Assembly: GCA_044866005.1 (NCBI GenBank)
Contig: JBIOTN010000232.1
Location: 1 to 60,746 of the forward strand
DNA: 60,746 nt
Direction of reading: 5' to 3'
DNA from: Candidatus Rokuibacteriota bacterium
GTDB taxonomy: Bacteria > Methylomirabilota > Methylomirabilia > Rokubacteriales > DASRDR01
The translations under genes and the position numbers were made by a program. Position 1 is the stretch's first letter. Each line of letters opens with the position of its first letter. Under the pieces are notes generated by a model, which saw only the letters and a list, made by a program, of their open reading frames with translations, was not told the DNA's origin and ran no database searches. Positions 9,604-18,864 of the stretch are shown piece by piece.

Positions 9604-10382
9604 CCCCCTACATCGACATCAACTGCGACATGGGCGAGAGCTACGGGCGCTGGACCCTCGGGCAGGACGAGGAGGTCATGCCGCACATCACGTCGGCCAA
9701 CGTCGCCTGCGGCTTCCACGGCGGCGACCCGCACGTCATGCGACGCACGGTGGAGCTGGCGCTCCAGCACGGCGTGGCGGTCGGGGCCCACCCGAGCCTC
9801 CCGGACCTCATGGGCTTCGGCCGGCGGCGGATGGACGTCTCCCCGGCCGAGCTCAAGGACTACCACCGCTACCAGGTCGGCGCGCTCGGAGCGTTCTGCC
9901 AGGCGGCCGGGACGCGGCTCCAGCACGTCAAGCCGCACGGCATCCAGTACCACATGTTCGAGGAGAACCTGGCGCTCGGTCGCGCCTCCGCCGAGCAGGT
10001 CGTCGAGCTGGACCGCGAGCTCATCCTGATGACGATGGCCCAGACGAAGTACGACCGGGAGGCGCGCCAGGTCTCCGGTCTCCGCGTCGCGGCCGAGGGC
10101 TTCGCCGACCGCGTCTACGCCGAGGACGGCCAGCTCGTGAGCCGCAAGCTCGGCGCCGACGCGCTCGTCGCGGACCCCGCGCGCGCGGCGGACCAGGCGG
10201 TGAAGATGGTGATGGAGGGCAAGGTCCGCGCGATCACCGGGAAGTGGATCGCCGTCCGCGTGGACACGATCTGCATCCACGGCGACACGCCCGGCGCCCC
10301 CCGGATCGTCGCCGCCGTGCGCGAGGGGCTGGTGAAAGCGGGCGCCACCGTCAAGCCGCTCCGGGACTGGTTCAAGGGGTAG
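9600..10382 (+). CDS. pxpA: LamB/YcsF family protein (5-oxoprolinase subunit A-like)
   Basis: IDINCDMGES, SANVACGFHGGDP, GAHPS, HVKPHG, TICIHGDTPGA. Confidence 0.9.
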   Translation: MTPYIDINCDMGESYGRWTLGQDEEVMPHITSANVACGFHGGDPHVMRRTVELALQHGVAVGAHPSLPDLMGFGRRRMDVSPAELKDYHRYQVGALGAFCQAAGTRLQHVKPHGIQYHMFEENLALGRASAEQVVELDRELILMTMAQTKYDREARQVSGLRVAAEGFADRVYAEDGQLVSRKLGADALVADPARAADQAVKMVMEGKVRAITGKWIAVRVDTICIHGDTPGAPRIVAAVREGLVKAGATVKPLRDWFKG

Positions 10383-10506
10383 TCCGCCGCCCCGCGCCCC
10401 CGAATCGCGAGCGACCCCAGCCGGGGCCGGGCGCGATCCGACCCGTGCGGACCGAGGCCACAGACCGCGCCCGACCCGGGAAACGGTCGCGGAGGAGTCC
10501 ACGCCC

Positions 10507-11088
10507 ATGACGCTTCCGCCCATCGACCCGAAGCGGACGGCGGTCCTGGTCATCGACATGCAACGGGATTTTCTCGATCCCGGCGCGCCGGTCTCGACGC
10601 CCGGCGGCCGGGCGGTCGTCGCCTCGATCAACCGCCTCACGGCCCGGGCGCGGGCGCGCGGGATCCCGGTCATCTTCACGCAGGAGATGCACCGAGCGGA
10701 CCGGTCCGATTTCGGGATCGAGCTGGAGTTCGAGCCCCCGCACTGCCTGGAAGGCACGCCCGGGATGGAGCTCGCCGACGGGCTGGAGGTCTCCCCGGCC
10801 GACTACCGCATCCAGGCCAAACGCCGCTACGACGCCTTCCTGGGCACCGACCTGGAGACCTTGCTGCGAAGCCTCGGGGTCGAGAACCTCGTCGTGACCG
10901 GGGTATGCACCGACATCTGCGTGACCTCCACGGTCCAGCACGCCCGGAACCTCGACTTCCGGTGCATCATTCCCCGGGAGTGCACGGCGGGAACCAGCCG
11001 GGAGCGACACGAGGCCGCGCTCCTCTGCCTGGGGCACGTCTTCGGCTACGTCGTGTCGATCCAGGAGGCCGAGGCGGTGCTGGGCTGA
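10507..11088 (+). CDS. Isochorismatase-family cysteine hydrolase
   Basis: VIDMQRDF, KRRYDAF, GVCTDICV. Confidence 0.9.
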   Translation: MTLPPIDPKRTAVLVIDMQRDFLDPGAPVSTPGGRAVVASINRLTARARARGIPVIFTQEMHRADRSDFGIELEFEPPHCLEGTPGMELADGLEVSPADYRIQAKRRYDAFLGTDLETLLRSLGVENLVVTGVCTDICVTSTVQHARNLDFRCIIPRECTAGTSRERHEAALLCLGHVFGYVVSIQEAEAVLG

Positions 11089-12182
11089 TGGCGGCCATCC
11101 GGCTCGAGCGGGTCGGGAAGTCCTACGGCGCGGTGGAGGCGGTGCGCGACCTCACGCTGGAGATCCGCGCCGGGGAGCTGATCGCCCTCCTCGGCCCCTC
11201 GGGCTGCGGCAAGACGTCCACGCTGAAGATGATCAGCGGGGTGGAGGAGGTCTCCCGGGGCGAGATTTACTTCGACGACCGGCCGGTCACGCACCTGGCG
11301 CCCGGGGCCCGGAACATCGCCATGGTGTTCGAGGACTACGCCCTCTACCCGCGCATGACCGCGCGGGAGAACATCGCCTTTCCCCTGCGGGTCCGGGGCC
11401 GCACCCGCGGCGACATTCGCCGTCACGTCGAGCGGGTAGCGGACATGCTGCACGTGACCGAGCTGCTCGACAAATCGGTGGCGGAGCTCTCCGGCGGCCA
11501 GCAGCAGCGCATCGCGATCGGCCGGGCGCTGGTGCGCGACCCCACCGCCGTCCTCCTGGACGAGCCGCTCTCGCACCTCGACGCCGAGCTGAAGGCGGAG
11601 CTGCGAGCCGAGCTCAAGCGACTGCAGAAGGATACCGGCGTGACGGCGATCCTGGTCACCCACGACCAGGTCGAGGCCCTGGCCATGGCCGACCGGGTGG
11701 CCGTGATGGACGGGGGCCGGCTCCAGCAGGTCGCGTCGCCGGAGGTCCTCTACGAGCAGCCGGCTTCGGTCTTCGTCGCCGGCTTCATCGGCGAGCCGGC
11801 GATGAACCTCCTGCCCGCCGTGCTGGCCGGCGGTCCGGCCCCGAGCCTTCGCCTGGGGCCCCACGCGCTGCCCCTCCCGCGCGCGCTCCTCACCCGGCTG
11901 GAGGCGGCCGGCGCCCCGGGAACGGTGCTGTTCGGCATCCGTCCCGAGGCGATCCGGATCGCCCGCACGGACCACCCCGGGTGGCTCCCGGGCGAGGTCT
12001 TCTTCCGGGAGAGCCGCGGAGACCACGGCGTCGTGCTGGTGCGCGTCGACGATCTCCTCCTCCACGTCGAGACCGGGGCGGAGTTCCACGCCCGGCTCGA
12101 CGAGACGGTGCACTGCGCCGTGGACACGGCCGCCGGCCACTTCTTCGACCCCGACAGCGGACGGAACCTGCTGCCGGCGTGA
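11088..12182 (+). CDS. MalK-type ABC ATP-binding protein
   Basis: ATG at 11088; GPSGCGKT, LSGGQQQR, DEPLS, VTHDQ, C-terminal TOBE-like region. Confidence 0.92.
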   Translation: MAAIRLERVGKSYGAVEAVRDLTLEIRAGELIALLGPSGCGKTSTLKMISGVEEVSRGEIYFDDRPVTHLAPGARNIAMVFEDYALYPRMTARENIAFPLRVRGRTRGDIRRHVERVADMLHVTELLDKSVAELSGGQQQRIAIGRALVRDPTAVLLDEPLSHLDAELKAELRAELKRLQKDTGVTAILVTHDQVEALAMADRVAVMDGGRLQQVASPEVLYEQPASVFVAGFIGEPAMNLLPAVLAGGPAPSLRLGPHALPLPRALLTRLEAAGAPGTVLFGIRPEAIRIARTDHPGWLPGEVFFRESRGDHGVVLVRVDDLLLHVETGAEFHARLDETVHCAVDTAAGHFFDPDSGRNLLPA

Positions 12183-12186
12183 GGCG

Positions 12187-13293
12187 ATGGGCGCGCTCGA
12201 GCTCGCCAACGTCTCGCACGCCTACGGCGAGGCCGCCTCGCTGCGCGGCGTGACGGTCCGGGCCGGGGACGAGGTGGTGGCGCTGCTGGGGCCCTCCGCG
12301 GCCGGCAAGACCACCACCCTGCGGCTCGTCGCGGGCCTGCTCCGCCCGACGGCCGGCGCGGTCCGCCTCGGCCAGGCCGTCGTCACCGACTGGCCGCCGC
12401 AGCGGCGCAACGTGGCGATCATGTTCGAGTCCTACGCGCTCTACCCCCACCTCACGGCGTTCGAGAACTGCCTGTTCACGCTCGGCCCGGGGGCGCGGCG
12501 GACCGACGACCGGGCGCGGCGCCGGATCGTCGAGCTCGCCGAGCTCCTGGAGATCGACACGCTCCTCGACCGCTACCCGCACATGCTCTCGGGCGGCCAG
12601 CGGCAGCGCGTCGCGCTGTGCCGGACGCTGGCCCGCGACCCGGCCGCCTTCTGCCTGGACGAGCCGATCGCGCACCTGGACGCGAAGCTCCGTCACCGGC
12701 TGCGGGGCGAGCTGAAGCGCCTCCTCCGGTCGCGCGCGGTGCCGACGATCTGGACCACGCCCGACGGCCTCGAGGCCATGGCGGTGGCCGATCGCCTCGT
12801 CGTGCTGCTCCACGGCGAGGTCGTCCAGGAGGGCCCGCCCGAGGAGGTCTACCGGAATCCCGCCACGACGGCCGTGGCGCGCCTGCTCGGCGACCCGCCC
12901 ATCAATCTGCTCCACGCCACCCTGCGGCGCGACGGCGGTCAGCTCGTCGCCACCGGGCCGGGCCTCGCCATCGCCCTGCCGGGCCCCCTGGCGCGCCAGG
13001 CGGAGCGGTGGGGCGACCAGCCGGTCGTGATCGGCGTCCGGCCGAGTGACGTGACGGTCAGCCGCGAGGGAGACGGAGGACTCCGCGCCGAGGTCTACGT
13101 CTACGAAGCGCTCGGCAAGTACGGCATCCTGACGGCCCGGGTGGGCCGGCAGCTCCTCAAGGTCAAGCTGGCAGGCCACACGCCCTTCGCGCCGGGCGAG
13201 GTCGTGCGGCTCCACGTCGACGCCACACGGCTCCACGCCTTCGACGCGCGAACGGGCCGGAGTCTCAACCACACGGAGGGAGGTCCGCGATGA
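12187..13293 (+). CDS. Second MalK-type ABC ATP-binding protein with degenerate H-loop
   Basis: GPSAAGKT, LSGGQRQR, LDEPIA; TTPD in place of THD. Confidence 0.88.
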   Translation: MGALELANVSHAYGEAASLRGVTVRAGDEVVALLGPSAAGKTTTLRLVAGLLRPTAGAVRLGQAVVTDWPPQRRNVAIMFESYALYPHLTAFENCLFTLGPGARRTDDRARRRIVELAELLEIDTLLDRYPHMLSGGQRQRVALCRTLARDPAAFCLDEPIAHLDAKLRHRLRGELKRLLRSRAVPTIWTTPDGLEAMAVADRLVVLLHGEVVQEGPPEEVYRNPATTAVARLLGDPPINLLHATLRRDGGQLVATGPGLAIALPGPLARQAERWGDQPVVIGVRPSDVTVSREGDGGLRAEVYVYEALGKYGILTARVGRQLLKVKLAGHTPFAPGEVVRLHVDATRLHAFDARTGRSLNHTEGGPR

Positions 13294-14687
13294 AAGGCAC
13301 AGCGACGCGGTGGTTCGGCATCCTGACGGCCGCGGCAACCGTCCTGCTCGCCGGCGTCGCGCCGGCCGGGGCGTGGTCGTACCCCGAAGCGAGCGCGGCC
13401 TACAAGGGGAAGACGGTCCGGGTGCTGGACGAGACGACCCCCATCCAGGACGCCATGGCGTCGATCAAGGGCGATTTCGAGAAGGAGACGGGCATCAAGG
13501 TCGAGTGGGAGCTGGTGAACCACTTCCTGGTCATCTCGAAGGGCGAGGCCGACCTCCTCTCCGGCCAGGGCGCCTATGACCTCGTCATGCTCCACTCGCC
13601 CCAGGTCGGCCGCCTCCTGAAGGCTGGCGTCATCCGATTCATCGACGACTTCATGGGGAGCGCCAAGCTCATGAACCCGGCCTTCGACGCCAAGGATCTG
13701 GCCCAGCCCATGTGGGACCGCCTGGCCAAGGTGGGCGGCCGGTACATCGGCTTCATCAACTGGAACTACAACGAGGTCTACTGGGCGCGGGGCGACCTCC
13801 TCGGGCACGCCGAGGAGAAGGCGGCCTTCCAGAAAAAATACGGCTACGGGCTGGCCGTCCCCCGGACGTGGGAGCAGGTGCGGGACGTCGCCGAGTTCTT
13901 CACCCGGAAGAAGGGCCAGCCGCTGGCGGGGAAGCCGCTGGAGGCCGACTTCTACGGGATCGTCCTGGAAGGCGTCAAGGGAGGCACCACGGGCTGGGAC
14001 GTCTGGAACAACTACGTCCGGAACTGGGGCGGCGACCTCTTCGACAAGGGCGGCCGGCCCACCATCAACCGCAAGGAGAACGTCGAGGCGGTGAAGTTCT
14101 GGGCGGGCCTCTGGAAGTTCTCGCCGCCGGGGCAGGCCGAGTACTCGCTGATCGACGTCCCGACCGTGATGGGCAACGGGATCGCGGCCCAGACCATCGC
14201 GTGGTCGGACTTCATCTTCGGGGTGGACCGCCCCGAGAAGTCGAAGTTCGCCGGAAAGTTCGTCTACGCCGGCATCCCGGCAAAGAAGGGGAACGAGCGC
14301 AGCCGGTCGGCGGAGGTGGAGCCCTCCCTCCTCGTCATCAACAAGGCCTCGAAGAACCCGGAGGCCGCCTTCCTCTACATGCAGTGGCTCGCCGAGAAGC
14401 GGACGCAGGAGCGCTGGTTCGCGACCGGCGCGGGCGCGATCCCGATCCGCGAGTCCGGCTGGTCGCTGCCGTTCGCCACGGGACAGTGGAAGCCCCTGTA
14501 CACGGCGATGCGCGAGACGCTCCGGTACGGGAGTCCGAAACCCCGCGCCCCGGAGCTCTACCAGATCATCGACGTGGTGGTGGCGGCGCTCCAGGAGGTG
14601 GCCCTGGGAAAGCGGTCGGCCGAGGACGCCCTGGGCGCCGCGCAGCGCGACGTGGAGAAGATCTGCACGCCGTGCTTCCTGCCGTGA
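13290..14687 (+). CDS. Carbohydrate-type (CUT1) ABC substrate-binding protein
   Basis: Signal peptide; FEKETGIKVEW, PRTWEQ, NKASKNPEAA. Confidence 0.88.
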   Translation: MKGTATRWFGILTAAATVLLAGVAPAGAWSYPEASAAYKGKTVRVLDETTPIQDAMASIKGDFEKETGIKVEWELVNHFLVISKGEADLLSGQGAYDLVMLHSPQVGRLLKAGVIRFIDDFMGSAKLMNPAFDAKDLAQPMWDRLAKVGGRYIGFINWNYNEVYWARGDLLGHAEEKAAFQKKYGYGLAVPRTWEQVRDVAEFFTRKKGQPLAGKPLEADFYGIVLEGVKGGTTGWDVWNNYVRNWGGDLFDKGGRPTINRKENVEAVKFWAGLWKFSPPGQAEYSLIDVPTVMGNGIAAQTIAWSDFIFGVDRPEKSKFAGKFVYAGIPAKKGNERSRSAEVEPSLLVINKASKNPEAAFLYMQWLAEKRTQERWFATGAGAIPIRESGWSLPFATGQWKPLYTAMRETLRYGSPKPRAPELYQIIDVVVAALQEVALGKRSAEDALGAAQRDVEKICTPCFLP

Positions 14688-14700
14688 GCTGAGCCGCCCG

Positions 14701-15615
14701 ATGGGGACCGGGGACGCCGCCGGGGAGGACCGGGGCGGCCGGCGGGTCGGCGAGGCGCTGTACCCCTACCTGCTCATCCTGCCGGCCATGGCGACGCTCG
14801 TCGGCGTCGCCCTGGTCCCCTTTCTCTACACGGTGACGCTCTCGTTCCGGCAGATGACCTTCACCACCGCCGGCCCGTTCGTGGGACTGGACAATTACGC
14901 CCGGCTGTTCGGCGATCGGCTGTTCTGGAACGCCGTCGAGGTGACGGCCGTCATCATCGCCGTCGCCGTGCCGCTGGAGTTCCTGGGTGGGCTGGCGGTG
15001 GCCCTCGTCCTCCACCAGCGCATCTACGGGCGCCGGGTGCTGCTCCCGCTGCTGTTCGTCCCCACCATCCTCTCGCCCGTGGTGGTGGCGATCATCTGGA
15101 AGATCATGCTGGCCGGGTCCTGGGGCTTCCTCACCTACACGGTGCTCGACCGGTTCGGTCTCCTGCAGACGACCTCGGTCTTCGGCTCGGCCACCTGGGC
15201 GCTGGTGGCCCTCGTCGGCATCGACGTGTGGGAGTGGACGCCGTTCATGGCCCTCGGCCTCTTCGCCGGCCTGCAAAGCCTGCCCGTCAACCCCTACGTG
15301 GCGGCGGCGGTCGACGGGGCGTCGCCCTGGCAGACCTTCCGACGCCTGACCTGGCCCATGCTCGTCCCCCTCATGAGCGTCCTCCTGCTCCTGCGACTCA
15401 TCGACGCCTTCAAGCTCTTCGACACCGTGTTCCTCCTCACCGGGGGCGGGCCCGGGGTCGCGACGGAGACCGTGAGCCTCTACGTCTACAAGCGCGTCTT
15501 CGACTTCTGGGACCTCGGCAAGGCCTCCGCCTCCGCGGTCGTGGTCTTCGTGACCTTCTTCACCTTCGCGAACGTCTTCTACAAGGTCGCCCAGCGGTGG
15601 CTCCGCGCATTCTGA
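14701..15615 (+). CDS. Carbohydrate ABC permease 1
   Basis: FVGLDNY, DVWEWTPF, AAAVDGAS (EAA loop), LTGGGPG. Confidence 0.9.
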   Translation: MGTGDAAGEDRGGRRVGEALYPYLLILPAMATLVGVALVPFLYTVTLSFRQMTFTTAGPFVGLDNYARLFGDRLFWNAVEVTAVIIAVAVPLEFLGGLAVALVLHQRIYGRRVLLPLLFVPTILSPVVVAIIWKIMLAGSWGFLTYTVLDRFGLLQTTSVFGSATWALVALVGIDVWEWTPFMALGLFAGLQSLPVNPYVAAAVDGASPWQTFRRLTWPMLVPLMSVLLLLRLIDAFKLFDTVFLLTGGGPGVATETVSLYVYKRVFDFWDLGKASASAVVVFVTFFTFANVFYKVAQRWLRAF

Positions 15616-15860
15616 CTTCGGAGGGGGACTCCCTCCGCCTTTCCAGCTCCCCGTCGCGTCTCTTCGCGCCGGCGGCGCTCGAGCCGCGACACCCGGCCGG
15701 GGGGCGGCGGCGCCCCCGGCACGCGCCTTGGCCGGTCGGATTTTTCATCTCGGCCGTGACGCGCTCGGCCTGCGGCCTCGCGGCCGTCCCGGCCTTGAGT
15801 GGGGCGACCGGCTCGGGCCGGCCTCCCCCCAGGACGCCGTGCTTCGGGCCGCTCGCGACC
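15616..15860. repeat. REP-like GC-rich intergenic element between the two permease genes
   Basis: Begins CTTCGGAGGGGG..CCCTCCG, matching the 149-179 element; contains CGCGCCGGC..GGCGCTCGAG like 18616-18640, plus further hairpins. Confidence 0.55.
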
Positions 15861-15871
15861 GAGGGCTTGAG

Positions 15872-16690
15872 GTGAGACGCCGCGGGTCGGTGGGTCTCAC
15901 CCTGCTGCTCGCGGGGTACACCCTGGCCGCCAGCTTTCCGGTCCTCTGGATCGTCGCGCTGTCGTTCAAACCCGAGGACATCATGTTCAGCCGCCCGCCG
16001 GTGTGGCTCTTCGCCCCCACGCTCGAGCACTACGCGTACGTGCTGGTGGAAAAGGGCTTGTGGAAGGCGATCCTCAGCTCGGTGGTCGTGTCGTTCGCCT
16101 CCACCGCCCTCGTCGTCCTGATCGGGACGCCGGCCGCCTACAGCTTCGCCCGCTTCGAGATCCGCCGGCGGGACGACTGGTTCCTCTTCATTCTCGGCAC
16201 GCGGATGGCCCCCCCCATCGCGCTCACGATTCCGTTCTACCTGATCTTTTCTCGCCTGCACCTGCTCGACAGTCACGCCGGGCTGATCCTCGCCTACCTG
16301 ACGTTCAATCTGTCCCTCTACATCTGGGTCCTGCGAAGCTTCTGCCGCGAGATCCCGTACGAGCTGGAGGAAGCGGCTCTGACCGCCGGCTACAGCCGAT
16401 GGGCGGTCTTCGTCCGGGTGGCGCTCCCGCTGCTCCGGCCGGGCATCATCGCCACGGCGGTCCTCTGCCTCATCTTCGCCTGGAACGAGTTCCTGTACGC
16501 CTTCATCCTCGGCGGCCGGGACGTGCAAACGCTGCCGGTCGCGATCCCCGGGCTCATCACCCCGCGGGGCGTCCAGTGGGGCGCGCTGGCCGCCCTCGGG
16601 CTCATCGCCGTCGTCCCGGTGCTGGCCGTGGTCTTCACGCTCCAGCGCCACATCGTCCGGGGGCTCACCATGGGCGCCGTGAAGGGATAG
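15872..16690 (+). CDS. Carbohydrate ABC permease 2
   Basis: GTG at 15872; PTLEHY, ELEEAA, AWNEF, RGLTMGAVKG. Confidence 0.9.
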   Translation: MRRRGSVGLTLLLAGYTLAASFPVLWIVALSFKPEDIMFSRPPVWLFAPTLEHYAYVLVEKGLWKAILSSVVVSFASTALVVLIGTPAAYSFARFEIRRRDDWFLFILGTRMAPPIALTIPFYLIFSRLHLLDSHAGLILAYLTFNLSLYIWVLRSFCREIPYELEEAALTAGYSRWAVFVRVALPLLRPGIIATAVLCLIFAWNEFLYAFILGGRDVQTLPVAIPGLITPRGVQWGALAALGLIAVVPVLAVVFTLQRHIVRGLTMGAVKG

Positions 16691-16763
16691 CCGATGACGC
16701 GCCTGGCGTGGCCGGGCGGGAGGCGGGGCGCGGTCGTCCTCGCCGACTGACCCGCGCCTGGGC

Positions 16764-17486
16764 ATGTATCCCGAGCCGAGGTTCCTGGCCGCGGGCGACG
16801 CGGCCGTGTCGGTGGAGTTCGCCGACGAGATCAGCCGGGAGGCGAACACCCGCGTCCGCGCGCTCGAGCACCTCATCCGAACAACGGCCGTCCCGGGCAT
16901 CGTCGAGACCGTCCCGACCTTCCGGTCGCTGCTCGTCTACTACGACCCGCGCGTCCTGGGGTGGGTCGAGCTCCTGGCCCGGCTCCGGTCCCTCGTCGCC
17001 GAGGTCCGGCGCGACTCGCTTCCCCCGAGCCGGCGCGTGGAGATCCCGTGCTGCTACGCCGGGGAGCTCGGCCTCGACCTCGCCGCGGCGGCCGCCCGGC
17101 TCGGGCTCGCCCCGGACGAGCTGGCGCGGCTCCACGCCGCCGACGAGTACGAGGTCTACTTCATCGGCTTCACCCCGGGGCTCCCCTACATGGTCGGCCG
17201 CTCCGAGCGGCTGACGATCCCGCGGCTCGACACGCCGCGCACGAAGGCGCCCGCCGGCAGCGTGGCGATCGGCGGGCGGCAGTGCTGCATCTACCCGGTG
17301 GAGAGCCCGGGCGGCTTCTGGATCCTCGGGCGCACGCCCCTCCGCCTCTACGATCCGACGGGCGCGGACCCCATCCTCCTCCGGGCGGGCGACCGGGTGC
17401 GCTTCCGCGCCATCGAGCGGGGGGAGTTCGACCGGATCGCCGACGATGTCGCCGCCCGGCGCTTCGTCGTCACGACGGATCCGTAG
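16764..17486 (+). CDS. pxpB: 5-oxoprolinase subunit B / KipI family protein
   Basis: VPTFRSLLV, GFTPGLPY, PAGSVAIGG, SPGGFWILGRTP. Confidence 0.9.
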   Translation: MYPEPRFLAAGDAAVSVEFADEISREANTRVRALEHLIRTTAVPGIVETVPTFRSLLVYYDPRVLGWVELLARLRSLVAEVRRDSLPPSRRVEIPCCYAGELGLDLAAAAARLGLAPDELARLHAADEYEVYFIGFTPGLPYMVGRSERLTIPRLDTPRTKAPAGSVAIGGRQCCIYPVESPGGFWILGRTPLRLYDPTGADPILLRAGDRVRFRAIERGEFDRIADDVAARRFVVTTDP

Positions 17487-17519
17487 CCCGGCCCGGCAGG
17501 TCGGCGCCGGTCCCGGCGC

Positions 17520-18548
17520 TCAGCGCCCTTCGAGCTCGGCCCGCAGGATCTTCGCCGCCGCCACCATCGCCTGCATCTTGCCGAAGGCCACGTCGGCCGG
17601 CAGGTACTTCATCCCGCAGTCGGGCGCGAGGACGAGGTTCTCCGGCTTGACGTAGGGCAGCGCGCGCTTGACGCGCGTGACCACCGTGGCGGGCGTCTCG
17701 ACCGCCAGGTCGCTGAGGTCCAGGCAACCGAGCACGATCTGCTTGCCCTCGAGCTCGGCCAGGACGGCGCAGTCGAGCTGCGATTGCGCGGTCTCGATCG
17801 ACACCTGGCGGCAGGCGCAGCCGGCCAGCTCCGGCAGGAAGGAGTAGGCGGACGGCCGCTCTCGGATGATGGCGGCATAGCCGAAGCAGATGTGGACGCC
17901 GGTCGTGCCGGCGACCCCCGCGAGCGCCCGGTTGAGCGCCTTCACCCCGTACTGGCGCGCCTTGTCCGGCCGCGCCTGCATGTACGGCTCGTCGATCTGG
18001 ACGACGTCCGCGCCGGCGGCGAAGAGTTCCCGGATCTCCTCGTTGACGGCCACGGCGTAGTCCATCGCCGCCGCCTCCTCGCTCGGGTAGTGGTCGTTCT
18101 GCGCCTGCTGGCTCATCGTGAACGGGCCGGGCACGGTCATCTTGATGGGCCGGGTCGTGTGCGCCCGGAGGAAGCGCACGTCCTCGACCTCGACGGGCCG
18201 GACGCGCCGGACCGGTCCGACGATGCGCGGGACGGGGTTGGGATGACCCGAGCGGTCCAGGGCCGTCCCGGGGTGGTCGAGGTCCACGCCGTCCAGCGCG
18301 GTGGCGAAGCGGTTCGAGTAGCTCTCCCGGCGGATCTCGCCGTCGGTGACGACGTCGATCCCGGCCGCTTCCTGCGCGTGGATGGCGAGCCGTGTGGCAT
18401 CGTCCTGCGCCTGCCGGAGCCAGGGCTCGGCGACGCGCCAGAGCTCCCGGGCCCGCACGCGGGGCGGAAAGCGGCCGGCCAGCTTCTGGCGGTCGATCAG
18501 CCAGTCGGGCTGGGGATAGCTGCCGACGAGCGTGGTCGGGAAGAGCAT
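17520..18548 (-). CDS. Cobalamin-independent methionine synthase II, single-barrel catalytic core
   Basis: VGSYP, TDGE, GPFT, QIDEP; Zn ligands HIC..E..PDCG; lacks the N-terminal half of MetE. Confidence 0.88.
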   Translation of the reverse strand: MLFPTTLVGSYPQPDWLIDRQKLAGRFPPRVRARELWRVAEPWLRQAQDDATRLAIHAQEAAGIDVVTDGEIRRESYSNRFATALDGVDLDHPGTALDRSGHPNPVPRIVGPVRRVRPVEVEDVRFLRAHTTRPIKMTVPGPFTMSQQAQNDHYPSEEAAAMDYAVAVNEEIRELFAAGADVVQIDEPYMQARPDKARQYGVKALNRALAGVAGTTGVHICFGYAAIIRERPSAYSFLPELAGCACRQVSIETAQSQLDCAVLAELEGKQIVLGCLDLSDLAVETPATVVTRVKRALPYVKPENLVLAPDCGMKYLPADVAFGKMQAMVAAAKILRAELEGR

Positions 18549-18570
18549 GCCCGGTCCTCCTCTCGCTTCT

Positions 18571-18860
18571 TCAAAGGGGGGCGCTGCCCCCCCTTGATGA
18601 ACCCCCCGGGATGATGCGCCGGCGAAGCCGGCGCTCTGAGCGGAACCCGGTGAGCGTTGCGGTCATTCGGACGGGGAGCGAGCGGCTTTCACCGGGCTCC
18701 TCGCGCTCATGACAGACCGCGGGCGCCGACGGCGCGCGGGCTAGGACTTCGGGGGGGTCTCGGAAGACCCCCCCGATGCCCCCCCGTCGTTGCGGCGGCA
18801 AAAGCCGCCGCTCGGAGTGGAACGTCCCGAGCGTTGCGGTGCTCCGGCTTACTCCGACAG
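18571..18860. repeat. Two tandem REP-like modules
   Basis: Each module is a G-run/C-run hairpin (18571-18597; 18749-18776), then a GC hairpin (18616-18634; 18792-18811), then CTC(G/T)GAG opening a longer stem. Confidence 0.7.
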
Positions 18861-18864
18861 GCTC

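Noticed and set aside
17520..18548. Assigning the gene symbol metE
   Set aside because: Only the single catalytic barrel is present, so the methyl donor and function may differ from full-length MetE.
18549..18864. SAM or cobalamin riboswitch upstream of the MetE core gene
   Set aside because: No recognisable consensus; the region is explained by REP-like modules.
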